Sequence record: OQ708376.1
Reading direction: 5' to 3' (one strand)
Origin: Escherichia phage vB_EcoM_CRJP21
Length of the DNA: 64,000 nt
This document shows, in pieces, positions 11,797 through 21,449 of the stretch (within the stretch, counting starts at the first letter, position 1; each line of letters starts with the position of its first letter). The position numbers and the translations under genes were made by a program. The notes beneath the pieces are model-generated. The model saw only the letters and a list, made by a program, of their open reading frames with translations. It had not been told where the DNA came from and did no database searches.

Positions 11797-13122
11797 ATGA
11801 CTACTCAAAACGATATCCTGAACGTTAAACTGACTCCAAAGAAAGCTAAAGAAGCAATGGCACTAGCTGACATGATTCAAGATAGCCTGATGATTTGGGG
11901 TAGCCCAGGTATCGGTAAGTCTGCAATCGCTCGTCAATACGCTGATGAAAATTACCCACTGCGTAAAGATAACGTAGCTAAAATCGAGTTCATGAAACAA
12001 CAAATCGAAGCTGACCCTGAAAATGCTGATCAGCTACGCCGTGAACTGGCTGCATTTGAAGCAAAACTAATCGACCAAGATACTAACTTTATCGATTTCC
12101 GTTTGTCTCAAATCGAACCAAGTGACCTTCGCGGTATTCCAGTACCAGAGAAGCTTTTCCGTAAAACTGACGGTTCTCTTCTGAAAGAATCTGAGCTTGC
12201 CGAAGCAAAAGATTATGTAGCTGAAACTGCGGTAGTATGGGCTGCACCTAAAGTTCTGAAATTGTCCGAAGATTGGAAAGGTGTTATTCTGTTTGACGAA
12301 ATTAACTCTGCAATGCCTATTGTTCAGGCAGCGTCTTATCAGCTAATCCTCGACCGTTGTGTTGGTGAGATGAAGCTACCTAAGACTGCACTGATTCTTG
12401 CAGCAGGTAACCGTGAAACTGATGGCGGTGTAACTTTCTCTCTTGCTACACCACTGCGTGACCGTATGACTCACATTGAGATGATTCCTTATCATCAAGA
12501 TTGGATTAACGATTATGCGATTGCAAAACGTTTGAACCCAGCAACTGTTGCGTTCATCAACAACACTGGTTCTAAGTACTTTAACACACTTAGTCCACAA
12601 GATCCTTCTCACAGTGGTGGTACTTCTCCACGTTCATGGGAAGCAGTAGCACGCTACGAAGATCTCAAGAAAACTAAGACAATTGATAAAGAAGTGTTCC
12701 GTGCAATGATTGCTGGTCGTGTTGGTGAAGGTGTTGCAACTGAATACATTGAGTACGTTGAGAACGTTGCTAAATTACCAGATACTATGTCTATTCTGTC
12801 TGGTGAAATCAAAGAAATCGACGCAACGCTGGATATTTCTGCGAACTACTTTATCACTCTGAACTTGGTTTATAAAATTATCGACCTGTTCAATGAGAAG
12901 CAAGAACAACGTCTACCAGTGGAAGAATGGGGTAAACTGTGTAACAACTTCATCACCTTCCTAGACCATAACTTCTCTGCAACTCAAGCAGAACTGGCAG
13001 TACTGGCAATTCGTACCATCACGCTTCATAAGGTTGCGATTTCCATTAAAGATGTACCAGCGTTTAAAGATTTCATCGCTAAGTACTCTGATCTTGTACG
13101 TAAAGCACGCTCTCTTGGCTAA
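11797..13122 (+). CDS. MoxR/CobS-type AAA+ ATPase
   Basis: 441 aa; Walker A GSPGIGKS; Walker B ILFDEINSA; MoxR-like sensor/second-region stretch LPKTALILAAGNRE...ATPLRDRMTHIEM. Confidence 0.8.
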   Translation: MTTQNDILNVKLTPKKAKEAMALADMIQDSLMIWGSPGIGKSAIARQYADENYPLRKDNVAKIEFMKQQIEADPENADQLRRELAAFEAKLIDQDTNFIDFRLSQIEPSDLRGIPVPEKLFRKTDGSLLKESELAEAKDYVAETAVVWAAPKVLKLSEDWKGVILFDEINSAMPIVQAASYQLILDRCVGEMKLPKTALILAAGNRETDGGVTFSLATPLRDRMTHIEMIPYHQDWINDYAIAKRLNPATVAFINNTGSKYFNTLSPQDPSHSGGTSPRSWEAVARYEDLKKTKTIDKEVFRAMIAGRVGEGVATEYIEYVENVAKLPDTMSILSGEIKEIDATLDISANYFITLNLVYKIIDLFNEKQEQRLPVEEWGKLCNNFITFLDHNFSATQAELAVLAIRTITLHKVAISIKDVPAFKDFIAKYSDLVRKARSLG

Positions 13123-13142
13123 TTAACAAAGAGTTGTTGACA

Positions 13143-13175
13143 AGAAGGATGCCTAATGGTATCCTTCTTTTATCT
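13143..13175 (+). terminator. Hairpin with T-tract between the MoxR-like and VWA genes (possible partial terminator)
   Basis: AGAAGGAT-loop-ATCCTTCT followed by TTTATCTT; overlaps a TTGACA hexamer at 13137-13142. Confidence 0.45.
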
Positions 13176-13196
13176 TAACTAAACGAGGAAATATAC

Positions 13197-14621
13197 ATGT
13201 CAGATAACAAATCTACTTCAAGATTCAATGAAGTATCTCCGGCACTCCAGAAAGAATGTCAAGAACGTCTGGTTCTGGCTCGTACATCTTTGATGTTAAC
13301 TGCACCATTCTTTGGTGTACTCGCTTCACGTTTACGTCCAGTTCCTAATAATACATGGTGTCGTACTCTAGCAGTGGATGGTAAACATCTATTCTACAAC
13401 GTAGAATTTGTAATGGGCATTCAAGACCCATCTAAAAAGAAAGAATATGAAGAAGCTATTCGTGAAAAGCACCCTGAAGTTACAGACGAACAATTAAAAG
13501 AAATGACTGAAGGTTTGACTGATGAAAACCTTGTTGCTGTAATTTGTCATGAAATTCTACACTGTGCTTACGATCACTTCCTTCGTCGTGGTATGCGTGA
13601 TCCACAACGTTATAACCGTGCAGCGGATTATGCCATTAACCAAATCATCGTTCGTGAGAAAATTGGGAAAATCCAAAGTTCATGGTTGTATGATAAAAAA
13701 TATGAAGGCATGACCGCAGAAGAGATTTACATTCTTCTTGAAGAAGAAGAACAAAAAGAAGATGGTGAAGGTGAAGGTCAACCACAAAGTGGCGGCGGTG
13801 AAGGTGAAGGTAAAAATCGCGGTACTTTTGGCGATATTAAAGATGGTAAGGGTAAACCAAAAGGTACTACCATTGACCAGCATGACGTTCCACAAGAAGG
13901 TCAAGAGGGTGGTTCAAGTGAACAGCAAAAACGTGATTACATGGATGATTTCAAAACAGCAATGATGAATGCTGCTCGTGCAGGTGGTACACCAGCAGAA
14001 ATCGCTCGTATGATTAACAACTTTAAAGAACCAAAGATTGACTGGCGTTCAAAACTTCAACGTACACTTCGTAGTTGGTTGAAGTCTGATGCAACATATC
14101 AAAATCCGAATCGTCGTTCTTGGGGTGCAGGTTTTGGTTCTAATGGCTCATTCTATGGTAATCCAATTTACCCAGGGATGAAACCAGATGATGATATTGA
14201 TATTGCGATTGCACTAGATGCTTCTGGGTCTATTTCTGAAGATATGCTTCGTGATTTCATTAGTGAAGTTCTTGGCATCACTAAACAATTCAAACAGTTT
14301 AAGATTCGTATCATGACTTTTGATACTGAAGTTTATACTGTAAAGGATTACAAAACTGGCGAAGAACGTAAGATTCTGGAATATCCAGTAAAAGGTGGTG
14401 GTGGTACTGACTTTGAAGCAGTATGGGTTCATATGAAGAACGACAACTACAAGCCTAAACAGCTTGTAATGTTTACTGATGGTGAACCGTGGCAGTCATG
14501 GGGTGATCCAAACTACTGTAAAACACTGTTCGTGATTCACAGTAACCCAAATAAAGTTGCACCATTTGGTGAGACTGTACACTACGAATATGAAGCTGAT
14601 AAAAAGCGTCAACGTAGTTAA
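13197..14621 (+). CDS. VWA (MIDAS) domain protein with N-terminal HExxH putative metallopeptidase domain
   Basis: 474 aa; N-terminal HEILH (HExxH); G/E-rich low-complexity linker; C-terminal VWA with MIDAS residues DASGS ... GGGTD ... TDGEP. Confidence 0.7.
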   Translation: MSDNKSTSRFNEVSPALQKECQERLVLARTSLMLTAPFFGVLASRLRPVPNNTWCRTLAVDGKHLFYNVEFVMGIQDPSKKKEYEEAIREKHPEVTDEQLKEMTEGLTDENLVAVICHEILHCAYDHFLRRGMRDPQRYNRAADYAINQIIVREKIGKIQSSWLYDKKYEGMTAEEIYILLEEEEQKEDGEGEGQPQSGGGEGEGKNRGTFGDIKDGKGKPKGTTIDQHDVPQEGQEGGSSEQQKRDYMDDFKTAMMNAARAGGTPAEIARMINNFKEPKIDWRSKLQRTLRSWLKSDATYQNPNRRSWGAGFGSNGSFYGNPIYPGMKPDDDIDIAIALDASGSISEDMLRDFISEVLGITKQFKQFKIRIMTFDTEVYTVKDYKTGEERKILEYPVKGGGGTDFEAVWVHMKNDNYKPKQLVMFTDGEPWQSWGDPNYCKTLFVIHSNPNKVAPFGETVHYEYEADKKRQRS

Positions 14622-14633
14622 GTACTAAATAAT

Positions 14634-14664
14634 GAGAACGGAAAATTCCGTTCTCTTCTTTTAT
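14634..14664 (+). terminator. Rho-independent terminator after the VWA gene
   Basis: GAGAACGG-aaaatt-CCGTTCTC followed by a T-rich tract. Confidence 0.6.
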
Positions 14665-14668
14665 AAGT

Positions 14669-14696
14669 GGGACAACTTATAAAAATATGATATAAT
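14669..14696 (+). promoter_or_regulatory. Sigma70-type promoter (GGGACA-16-TGaTATAAT) for the unknown/SLOG/thyA operon
   Basis: -35-like GGGACA at 14669-14674, 16-nt spacer, TATAAT at 14691-14696 preceded by ATGA, as in P1/P2. Confidence 0.45.
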
Positions 14697-14730
14697 AGTT
14701 AATGTACCAATATACATGGAGAGTATTAAA

Positions 14731-14976
14731 ATGGAACAAGAAAATAATCAAATTCAACTAACCCTTCTAGACCTAATCAATGCTGCAAAAATCATGGAAG
14801 CTGCTGTTGCACGAAACACCTTTAAAGTTGAAGAACTTGTTGAGGTTGCTCCAGTTGTATCTAAATTTGTTTCTTTTGCAAATGTAGCTCTTGAAGATAT
14901 TAAAGCACAAGAAGATGCAGCTAAAGAAGAAGCTGAATCACAAGATAGTGAAACTCAAGAAGATAAAGGAGAATAA
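14731..14976 (+). CDS. Small acidic hypothetical protein
   Basis: 81 aa from the ATG at 14731, which has a GGAGAG RBS; the track start at 14716 lacks an RBS and lies only ~20 nt from the predicted -10. Confidence 0.4.
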   Translation: MEQENNQIQLTLLDLINAAKIMEAAVARNTFKVEELVEVAPVVSKFVSFANVALEDIKAQEDAAKEEAESQDSETQEDKGE

Positions 14977-14978
14977 TT

Positions 14979-15635
14979 ATGGCAGCTATTCGTCATGTTG
15001 GTGTAATGCGTAATACAGGTTCTCGTGTTTTTGTTGTTTGGCGTTCACTACCAGATGATCCTGAACACTGCCTTATCGTTTATCGTGATTCACTACCAGA
15101 AGCATATGTACACGCAGTAACTGATATTGTTATGGGTCATGGTCAATCTAATATTGATTTGTGGGAAGTAATGCATAAAATTGGTTATCTCGATGGACGC
15201 AAAATGCTAGATGTTCTACACAACATGCAGCATCTACGTCGCGTTCGTACTTGTGATATTGATATGCACACTGGTGGTAATAATAAAATTTCTCTTGATG
15301 TTCTAAACAAAGCATTAGATGAAAATCAAGCGAAAGTACAAGAAGATGGTAAAGTAAAAGACTTTAACCCATTCAATCCACAAGAAGCAGACACTAAAGT
15401 AGAAGAAGCTACTATTGTAGAACAACTTCTCACTGATGCACAAAAATATGAAAAACTGGCTAAAGAACATTATGAACGTGCATACAATTTAGAGCCAAGC
15501 TTGCGTCCGCAAACACAAGTTGTTGAACAACCGAAAGATAGTAAAACAATTTATCTAGAAATTCCAGAAGGTATTTCACAGACTAAAGCTATTGAGAAAG
15601 TAAAACAACTATTTGCAGAACGTAAAGCAAAATAA
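14979..15635 (+). CDS. Hypothetical protein
   Basis: 218 aa; starts 3 nt after the previous stop; no recognisable motif. Confidence 0.5.
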   Translation: MAAIRHVGVMRNTGSRVFVVWRSLPDDPEHCLIVYRDSLPEAYVHAVTDIVMGHGQSNIDLWEVMHKIGYLDGRKMLDVLHNMQHLRRVRTCDIDMHTGGNNKISLDVLNKALDENQAKVQEDGKVKDFNPFNPQEADTKVEEATIVEQLLTDAQKYEKLAKEHYERAYNLEPSLRPQTQVVEQPKDSKTIYLEIPEGISQTKAIEKVKQLFAERKAK

Positions 15636-15638
15636 AAT

Positions 15639-16232
15639 ATGAAAAAGAATGAATTAGATGAAGCAATTAAAGGTTTATCTAATGTATGTTTTAGTGGCGG
15701 GGCAGCAGGTGCTGACCGCCTTTTTTCTATCTATGCAAAAAATAATGGATTTGAAGTTATTAATTTTTCATTCAAAGGTCATGAGCATAGTGTAGATGAA
15801 AGTACTATATTAGAAATACCATCCAATATTCTATCTGATATTTCTATATTAAATCAACTAAACATTGCATGTTACTCGTTGCAGCGAAAAGTACCAAAAC
15901 CTGGTTCTTATGTTTACAACTTACTTGCAAGGAATAGTTATCAGATACTTAATACAGAAAGAATATATTGTATTGCAAATATCACATCACCAACTAAGGT
16001 AAGTGGTGGTACTGCATGGGCAGTACAGATGTATATGGATTCAGTTGAAAATCCTGAAATTTATTGTTATGATATGAATTCACGTTCAGTATTTTATTTC
16101 GATACAGTACTGAAAGAGTTCACACAAACATTCGTCGTTCCAGCACCACATGGTAACTGGACTGGTATTGGTTCACGCAATGCCACAGAAAAACATATGG
16201 AACATTTTATTACATTTTTCAAGGAAGAATAA
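15639..16232 (+). CDS. SLOG/DprA-like Rossmann-fold nucleotide-binding protein
   Basis: 197 aa; glycine-rich motif FSGGAAGADRLF plus second motif ARNSYQIL...VSGGTAWAVQM, matching the paired motifs of DprA/Smf/YpsA-type SLOG domains; TAATG overlap with thymidylate synthase. Confidence 0.4.
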   Translation: MKKNELDEAIKGLSNVCFSGGAAGADRLFSIYAKNNGFEVINFSFKGHEHSVDESTILEIPSNILSDISILNQLNIACYSLQRKVPKPGSYVYNLLARNSYQILNTERIYCIANITSPTKVSGGTAWAVQMYMDSVENPEIYCYDMNSRSVFYFDTVLKEFTQTFVVPAPHGNWTGIGSRNATEKHMEHFITFFKEE

Positions 16233-17161
16233 TGAAACAACTACAAGAACTATATCAAAAAATTCTAGATGAAGGCGTAGAAAGCGTTGACCGTACTGGT
16301 GTTGGAACAATCAAACTTATCGGTCAACAAATGCGTTTTGACCTTAAAGATGGTTTCCCAGCAGTGACGACAAAACGTCTAGCTTGGAAAGCAATGACTT
16401 CAGAATTACTATGGTTTATTGAAGGTTCCCATGATGAGCGTCGCCTTTGTGAAATTTTGCATGGAACTCGTGATACAGAAAAGAAAACTATTTGGACAGA
16501 TAATTACCTAAATCAAGGCGTTGCTCTTGGTTATACTGATGGTGAGTTAGGTCCAGTGTATGGTAAGCAATGGCGTGAATGGGAAGATTATAAATTTAGT
16601 TCCAGTACTGAAGAAATTCAAGAATTAAAAGATAAAGGATACAAAGTTATCGATTATACTGGTTCACATGGTGTTGTTATGAAACGTACAACTGACCAAT
16701 TACAGGAACTAATCAATGGTATAAATTCCGATCCATATGGTCGTCGCCATATTCTAAGTGCATGGAACGTTGGTGAGCTTGATGATATGACGTTGCCACC
16801 TTGTCATAGCTTTGTACAATTTTGTGTAGTACAAGGGAAACTAAGCTGCATTCTACATCAAAGATCCGCTGATCTATTTTTGGGAGTTCCATTTAATATC
16901 AGTAGTTATTCACTACTAACTCATATGATTGCACAAATTACGGGTTTAGATGTTGGTGAATTTATTTGGAATGGTGGTGATTGCCACATTTATAAAAACC
17001 ACGTTGAACAAGTAAAAGAACAACTACAGAGAAAACCTCGTGAATTACCTGAATTATGGCTTGATCCTACAATTACTAATATTGAAGATTTCACAATGGA
17101 TTCTTTCAAATTAGTGAATTACAATCCAATGCCAACAATTAAAGCACCGATGGCTGTATAA
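16232..17161 (+). CDS. thyA: Thymidylate synthase (ThyA/Td family)
   Basis: 309 aa; DRTGVGT; catalytic-Cys motif LPPCHSF; HQRSADLFLGVPFNISSYSLLTHMIAQ parallels E. coli [27 protein letters not shown]; C-terminal ...PMAV. Confidence 0.85.
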   Translation: MKQLQELYQKILDEGVESVDRTGVGTIKLIGQQMRFDLKDGFPAVTTKRLAWKAMTSELLWFIEGSHDERRLCEILHGTRDTEKKTIWTDNYLNQGVALGYTDGELGPVYGKQWREWEDYKFSSSTEEIQELKDKGYKVIDYTGSHGVVMKRTTDQLQELINGINSDPYGRRHILSAWNVGELDDMTLPPCHSFVQFCVVQGKLSCILHQRSADLFLGVPFNISSYSLLTHMIAQITGLDVGEFIWNGGDCHIYKNHVEQVKEQLQRKPRELPELWLDPTITNIEDFTMDSFKLVNYNPMPTIKAPMAV

Positions 17162-17162
17162 A

Positions 17163-17195
17163 AGAAAAGGGAGAACTGACGTTCTCCCTTTTTTA
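17163..17195. terminator. Bidirectional rho-independent terminator between convergent thyA and fibre genes
   Basis: A-tract, GGGAGAAC-tgac-GTTCTCCC, T-tract. Confidence 0.65.
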
Positions 17196-19160
17196 TTATC
17201 TAATTGTTACCAATGTTCTTCCGTCGAAACGTACATCAGGTGTTGAAGGTATACTGAACACTACGTTAGTGCCGTTAAACGTCACGCTATCGACCTCAAC
17301 ACGAGTATAGACACCAGAACTAACCTGTTCCTGTATCTCTGCTGTGACGATGTTTGAGGCTGTTACAGTAAGGGTGTAGTAGTTACCACTTAAGACCCAA
17401 GATGAAATGGTAAAAGCATCGGTTCTCACTGAACCTGAACCAATTGGAACCCATTGACCTTGAACTTTTTGCATTGAAGTACGCTCGGTATTGGAGTATG
17501 CAATCATACCATCAACGCCAACAGAGTTATCAATAGTAGCTAGTACAGGTAATTGGATACCATATCTATTAAAACGTGTTCTTATAGTTCCATTATCATA
17601 GATACTTACATCAGCATAATTACCCATTGATAGTTTTAAATCAGAACTAACTAATTGGATTGTACTTTGATTAGTAGCACTTTCTAATGTAATTATACCA
17701 TTAGCTAATAGATTTATATTTTTAAATTTATTAGTTGTTCCATTAAAATTAGTATTAGCTGTAAAAGTACTAACACCATTAACTGTAATGGTATCTGATG
17801 CAGCATCACCTAATGTGGTATTACCTTGAATGTTCAAATTACCACTAGCAGTTATATTACTAGCTGATGTATCCCCAGTTAATGTACTTGTACCATCAAC
17901 AACAATATTACCATGAAACGCACTTTCGCCATTTTTAAATTCAACTTGAACTTTATTCATTGAACTAAATGAAATAATATTACTACTAGCACTTAATCCC
18001 ACATTAGTATTAGTTGCATTATCAAATCTTAGTACTGGCGTTGATGCAGGTGTTGATGTTGATTGATATAATGTTAGTGTTGAATTATTAATTCGAACAC
18101 GTTCTGTACCAGCAGTACTGAACCCAATTGCGTCATCGGCTGGATGAAATATACCAGTATTAGCATCTGACCACTTAGTTGGGTCATTACCTGGGTTATT
18201 CGTTGGGTCAAACGGATTATTGTTAAATGTCAATGCTGGTGCTGCTGCACTTCCATACACCACCCCAAAACGCCCAGAGCCGTCTGTTCCATCATTATAC
18301 ATGGAATCACCAGTTCTACGTAAACACTCAATCACAACGTTATCTATGGATGTTTGAACGGTCCCTGCGTTTGTCCTAAATTGACGATGATTTGCAATCA
18401 TTACAGTATTGTCATATAATACTGAAGCAGCGGAAATGCTTGTTCTTGACTGGCGTAGACGTATGTTTTTATCTTCAGTTATAATAATCCAATCACCATC
18501 TGATAGTGCGGTTTGGTTCATTGGAACACCTGAAGCAAATGGTTTGGTTAAGTCAGCATCTGTTGCTAAATTTTTAAGACCATCATGACCAGTACTCGGA
18601 ATAGATGCAGGAATAATTCTAGCGAAAGCGTATGTTACTAGTTTAGCACCAGATATATTTGGATTAGAGTCAACATAATATAAAATTTCAATCCAATTAC
18701 CTTGTCCAGTTGGATTTGTAGGAGTAAATGTAACAGGACTTGTTTGTGGATTATTTGCTTCATAATGGGCTTGTGCGGCATCCATAATACCACGAACAAC
18801 ATAATAATCACCATTTAGTGATGCTGCTGGTGCTGGTAGTGGAGTTTGTGCTAAAGGTGGATCAATATCATCTGGAATAGGATTATATGTACCAACAAAT
18901 TGTAAACCACTAGTTACTGAATCTGGTAATTGGGAAGTAAGAAGTTTACCATTTGCATCTAAGTTTGCAAAACGGCGATATGCCATAGTACCATCTTCAA
19001 AATCCAGAACACCTTCAAACGATTTCCATTCCTTATTGTATCTAATCATCCCTGATCTTATTACATCAGCGGTTTCTTTTGATGGTGCTTTCGGTAACTC
19101 TAAAAAAGATTTACTATCGATAATTACACCACCATCACCTCTAATTCGATTTATACTCAT
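17196..19160 (-). CDS. Tail fibre-like protein
   Basis: 654 aa; GAGGAA RBS; Ser/Thr/Asn/Gly-rich beta-structure-like composition (NxT/S-rich stretches); located in the fibre cluster. Confidence 0.5.
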   Translation of the reverse strand: MSINRIRGDGGVIIDSKSFLELPKAPSKETADVIRSGMIRYNKEWKSFEGVLDFEDGTMAYRRFANLDANGKLLTSQLPDSVTSGLQFVGTYNPIPDDIDPPLAQTPLPAPAASLNGDYYVVRGIMDAAQAHYEANNPQTSPVTFTPTNPTGQGNWIEILYYVDSNPNISGAKLVTYAFARIIPASIPSTGHDGLKNLATDADLTKPFASGVPMNQTALSDGDWIIITEDKNIRLRQSRTSISAASVLYDNTVMIANHRQFRTNAGTVQTSIDNVVIECLRRTGDSMYNDGTDGSGRFGVVYGSAAAPALTFNNNPFDPTNNPGNDPTKWSDANTGIFHPADDAIGFSTAGTERVRINNSTLTLYQSTSTPASTPVLRFDNATNTNVGLSASSNIISFSSMNKVQVEFKNGESAFHGNIVVDGTSTLTGDTSASNITASGNLNIQGNTTLGDAASDTITVNGVSTFTANTNFNGTTNKFKNINLLANGIITLESATNQSTIQLVSSDLKLSMGNYADVSIYDNGTIRTRFNRYGIQLPVLATIDNSVGVDGMIAYSNTERTSMQKVQGQWVPIGSGSVRTDAFTISSWVLSGNYYTLTVTASNIVTAEIQEQVSSGVYTRVEVDSVTFNGTNVVFSIPSTPDVRFDGRTLVTIR

Positions 19161-19247
19161 TTAAATATTTCCTCAGAATAGATTTATATGATGTATTTAT
19201 TTTAGTTAAAAGAAAAGGCCAAGCATAGACTTGACCTTAATATGTTA

Positions 19248-20615
19248 TTAAACTACAGAAACTCCACTCATTGAAGGTGGAACGATTTGTTCAGCAATTA
19301 ATAATAAATTAGTTACTGTAAACTTACCACCATGTGACATTAACGTAATAGGTGTTCCATTAGTTACTAGGTTACCATTTTCATCAACACTTAAAAATGT
19401 ATTAAATGAAATAGTATCAACCGTGATAGTTGGTGTTCTAACTTGATTAATATTATTAAATTGAGTATTTGTAAAATTAATAGCAAAACTCATATTAGAC
19501 GAACTAGTAGTCCATGTGCCGTATATATTTAATTTGAAATTTAGAGAGGAATTGAAATTATAAACATTTAACTTATTACTTGTTGTATTGAAGAAACTAT
19601 CTAGTGTTCCACTAGTGGGTGTGAATGATTTAAGTATTTGAATTAAATTTTGTTCAATTCCATCAGTGAATTGTATATTTAAGTTTGAATAATATAATTC
19701 TCTTTTTCTACGAATTAGGTTAGTAGTATTATTACCATTAACAAATAATCCAGTACTATCTGATGTTAATATATTACCAGAGGTATTACTGATTTTAGAT
19801 GAAATTACATTAGCGTCAATAGATATACCATTTCCCGCAGTATATGAGGATGGTCCAGTTGGAACATACAACCCATTTACGTCAGTTGTTAACGTATTTC
19901 CTGGAGTTGTGCTTATTTTAGTTGAAATTGTTTCTGAACTAATAGATATACCAGTACCACCAACGTAATTTATTCTTGTATTAGGTACAAATAATCCAGT
20001 ACTGTCAGTAGATAGTATATTACCAGAAGTAGAACTAATTTTAGTACTGATTACTTCACCACTGATAGAAACACCGGAACCAGCACTATAAGATACTGAA
20101 TTATCAGGCACAAATAAACCATTACTTGTAGAAGATAGTATGTTTTCTGATGTCGGGTCAACCTTCACACTTATTACATCATCACTAATAGTAATGCCAG
20201 TACCAGCATTGTAAGTTATCGAATTATCCGGTACGAATAGACCAGTACTATCAGTTGTAAGGATATTTCCTAAAGATGTGCTTATTTTTGATGATATAAT
20301 ATTATTATCTATTTTAATACTGTCACTACCTGTATATGTTACTGTATTATCAGGTACATATAAACCATTAGAATCATTACTAAGAATATTTCCTTGTGTT
20401 GAACTTATTTTTGTGGATATTAAATTAGAGGATATTGATATACCAGTTCCACCTTGATAGATAATAGTGTTATCTGGAACATATAAACCATCACTTTCAT
20501 GAATTAAAATATTTTTATTTTTAGTACTAATATCAGGCACTGGTATCTTGCCTATTAGTTCTCCGTCATAACTAATATCACCATTTACAATAATATCTGT
20601 TCTTATATTATACAT
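19248..20615 (-). CDS. Tail fibre protein with ~35-aa tandem repeats
   Basis: About 8 repeats of the form ISTKISS..GNILS.DS.GL(Y/F)VPDN...Y..G.G..I; ATG at 20615 (M9 of the track ORF) has an AAGGAA RBS, whereas the track start at 20639 is a TTG. Confidence 0.55.
   Translation of the reverse strand: MYNIRTDIIVNGDISYDGELIGKIPVPDISTKNKNILIHESDGLYVPDNTIIYQGGTGISISSNLISTKISSTQGNILSNDSNGLYVPDNTVTYTGSDSIKIDNNIISSKISTSLGNILTTDSTGLFVPDNSITYNAGTGITISDDVISVKVDPTSENILSSTSNGLFVPDNSVSYSAGSGVSISGEVISTKISSTSGNILSTDSTGLFVPNTRINYVGGTGISISSETISTKISTTPGNTLTTDVNGLYVPTGPSSYTAGNGISIDANVISSKISNTSGNILTSDSTGLFVNGNNTTNLIRRKRELYYSNLNIQFTDGIEQNLIQILKSFTPTSGTLDSFFNTTSNKLNVYNFNSSLNFKLNIYGTWTTSSSNMSFAINFTNTQFNNINQVRTPTITVDTISFNTFLSVDENGNLVTNGTPITLMSHGGKFTVTNLLLIAEQIVPPSMSGVSVV
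19770..20550 (-). repeat. In-frame ~105-bp tandem coding repeats within the fibre gene
   Basis: Repeated GL(Y/F)VPDN-containing units at protein level with matching DNA periodicity; boundaries approximate. Confidence 0.5.
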
Positions 20616-20640
20616 ATATTTTTCCTTATAATGAAACAAA

Positions 20641-20667
20641 AAAGGTCAACAATAGTTGACCTTTATT
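20641..20667 (-). terminator. Palindromic hairpin / putative terminator between fibre-cluster genes
   Basis: AAAGGTCAAC-aata-GTTGACCTTT, with a T-tract on the minus strand. Confidence 0.4.
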
Positions 20668-20669
20668 AA

Positions 20670-21449
20670 TTAACGTATACGTTCAGGAATATCAATACCT
20701 TCATATACCCAAATTGCAGCTTGTTGTGCTTTATAAATTGCATCAGGATCTAAATCATCAACTGCATCAATTGCAGCACACTGTTTGTCACATTCCGAAA
20801 ACAATTGTTCAATCATTGCAAATGCTTCAGTATATAGTTGAGTCATTTCAGCAGCAGATAATTTTACAATTGCGTCATCAAGAAAAATAGAAACACTTTC
20901 AGAGCCTGAAGTAACTTGTGTATAATAATTAAGAAGCATTTGACGACCAGACATATCAGTACTGTAACGATGACCATTGAACATATAACCAGAATTCATA
21001 CGATTTGTACGTTCTGATATAGTTCTTGCTTTTAAATCAGCTTTAACATCTGCTATTGGCATATCAATATAATGATATGTTTTAAGAACAGTTAGTGCTT
21101 TATATTCTTCGGTAGCGTCTTCTAAAAATTCAACAATAGGTTGATTTTCATCTTTTAATTTAATAAACTCCAACGGTTGTTCAATAGCATTAACATTTCC
21201 AAGATTTTTATACACTAACCACCAAAAACCTTCTTCTTTTCTAACAGCATCATTAGGTTCTACTGGGGAACCATCTTTACTTGAAATACCATAAAGAGTT
21301 CTAATATCACTATAAAGATAACGATAGGTTTGTGGATCTTCTGGTGTTGCACCTGGACGTTCTTTAAGTCCTTTTACACCAATTGGATTGGAAATAATAC
21401 TTCCCAATTCATAATTTTCTTTTGAATTTCCTTTCACATATGTGAACAT
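20670..21449 (-). CDS. Hypothetical protein (possible fibre assembly or accessory protein)
   Basis: 259 aa between two fibre genes; GAGGT RBS; no catalytic motif recognised. Confidence 0.4.
   Translation of the reverse strand: MFTYVKGNSKENYELGSIISNPIGVKGLKERPGATPEDPQTYRYLYSDIRTLYGISSKDGSPVEPNDAVRKEEGFWWLVYKNLGNVNAIEQPLEFIKLKDENQPIVEFLEDATEEYKALTVLKTYHYIDMPIADVKADLKARTISERTNRMNSGYMFNGHRYSTDMSGRQMLLNYYTQVTSGSESVSIFLDDAIVKLSAAEMTQLYTEAFAMIEQLFSECDKQCAAIDAVDDLDPDAIYKAQQAAIWVYEGIDIPERIR

Noticed and set aside
16232-17161. Alternative call of the ThyA homologue as a dCMP hydroxymethylase (T4 gp42-like)
   Set aside because: The FNI motif retains Asn (uracil-specifying) rather than the Asp found in dCMP hydroxymethylases, and the C-terminus matches ThyA. 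A dUMP hydroxymethylase cannot be excluded from sequence alone.
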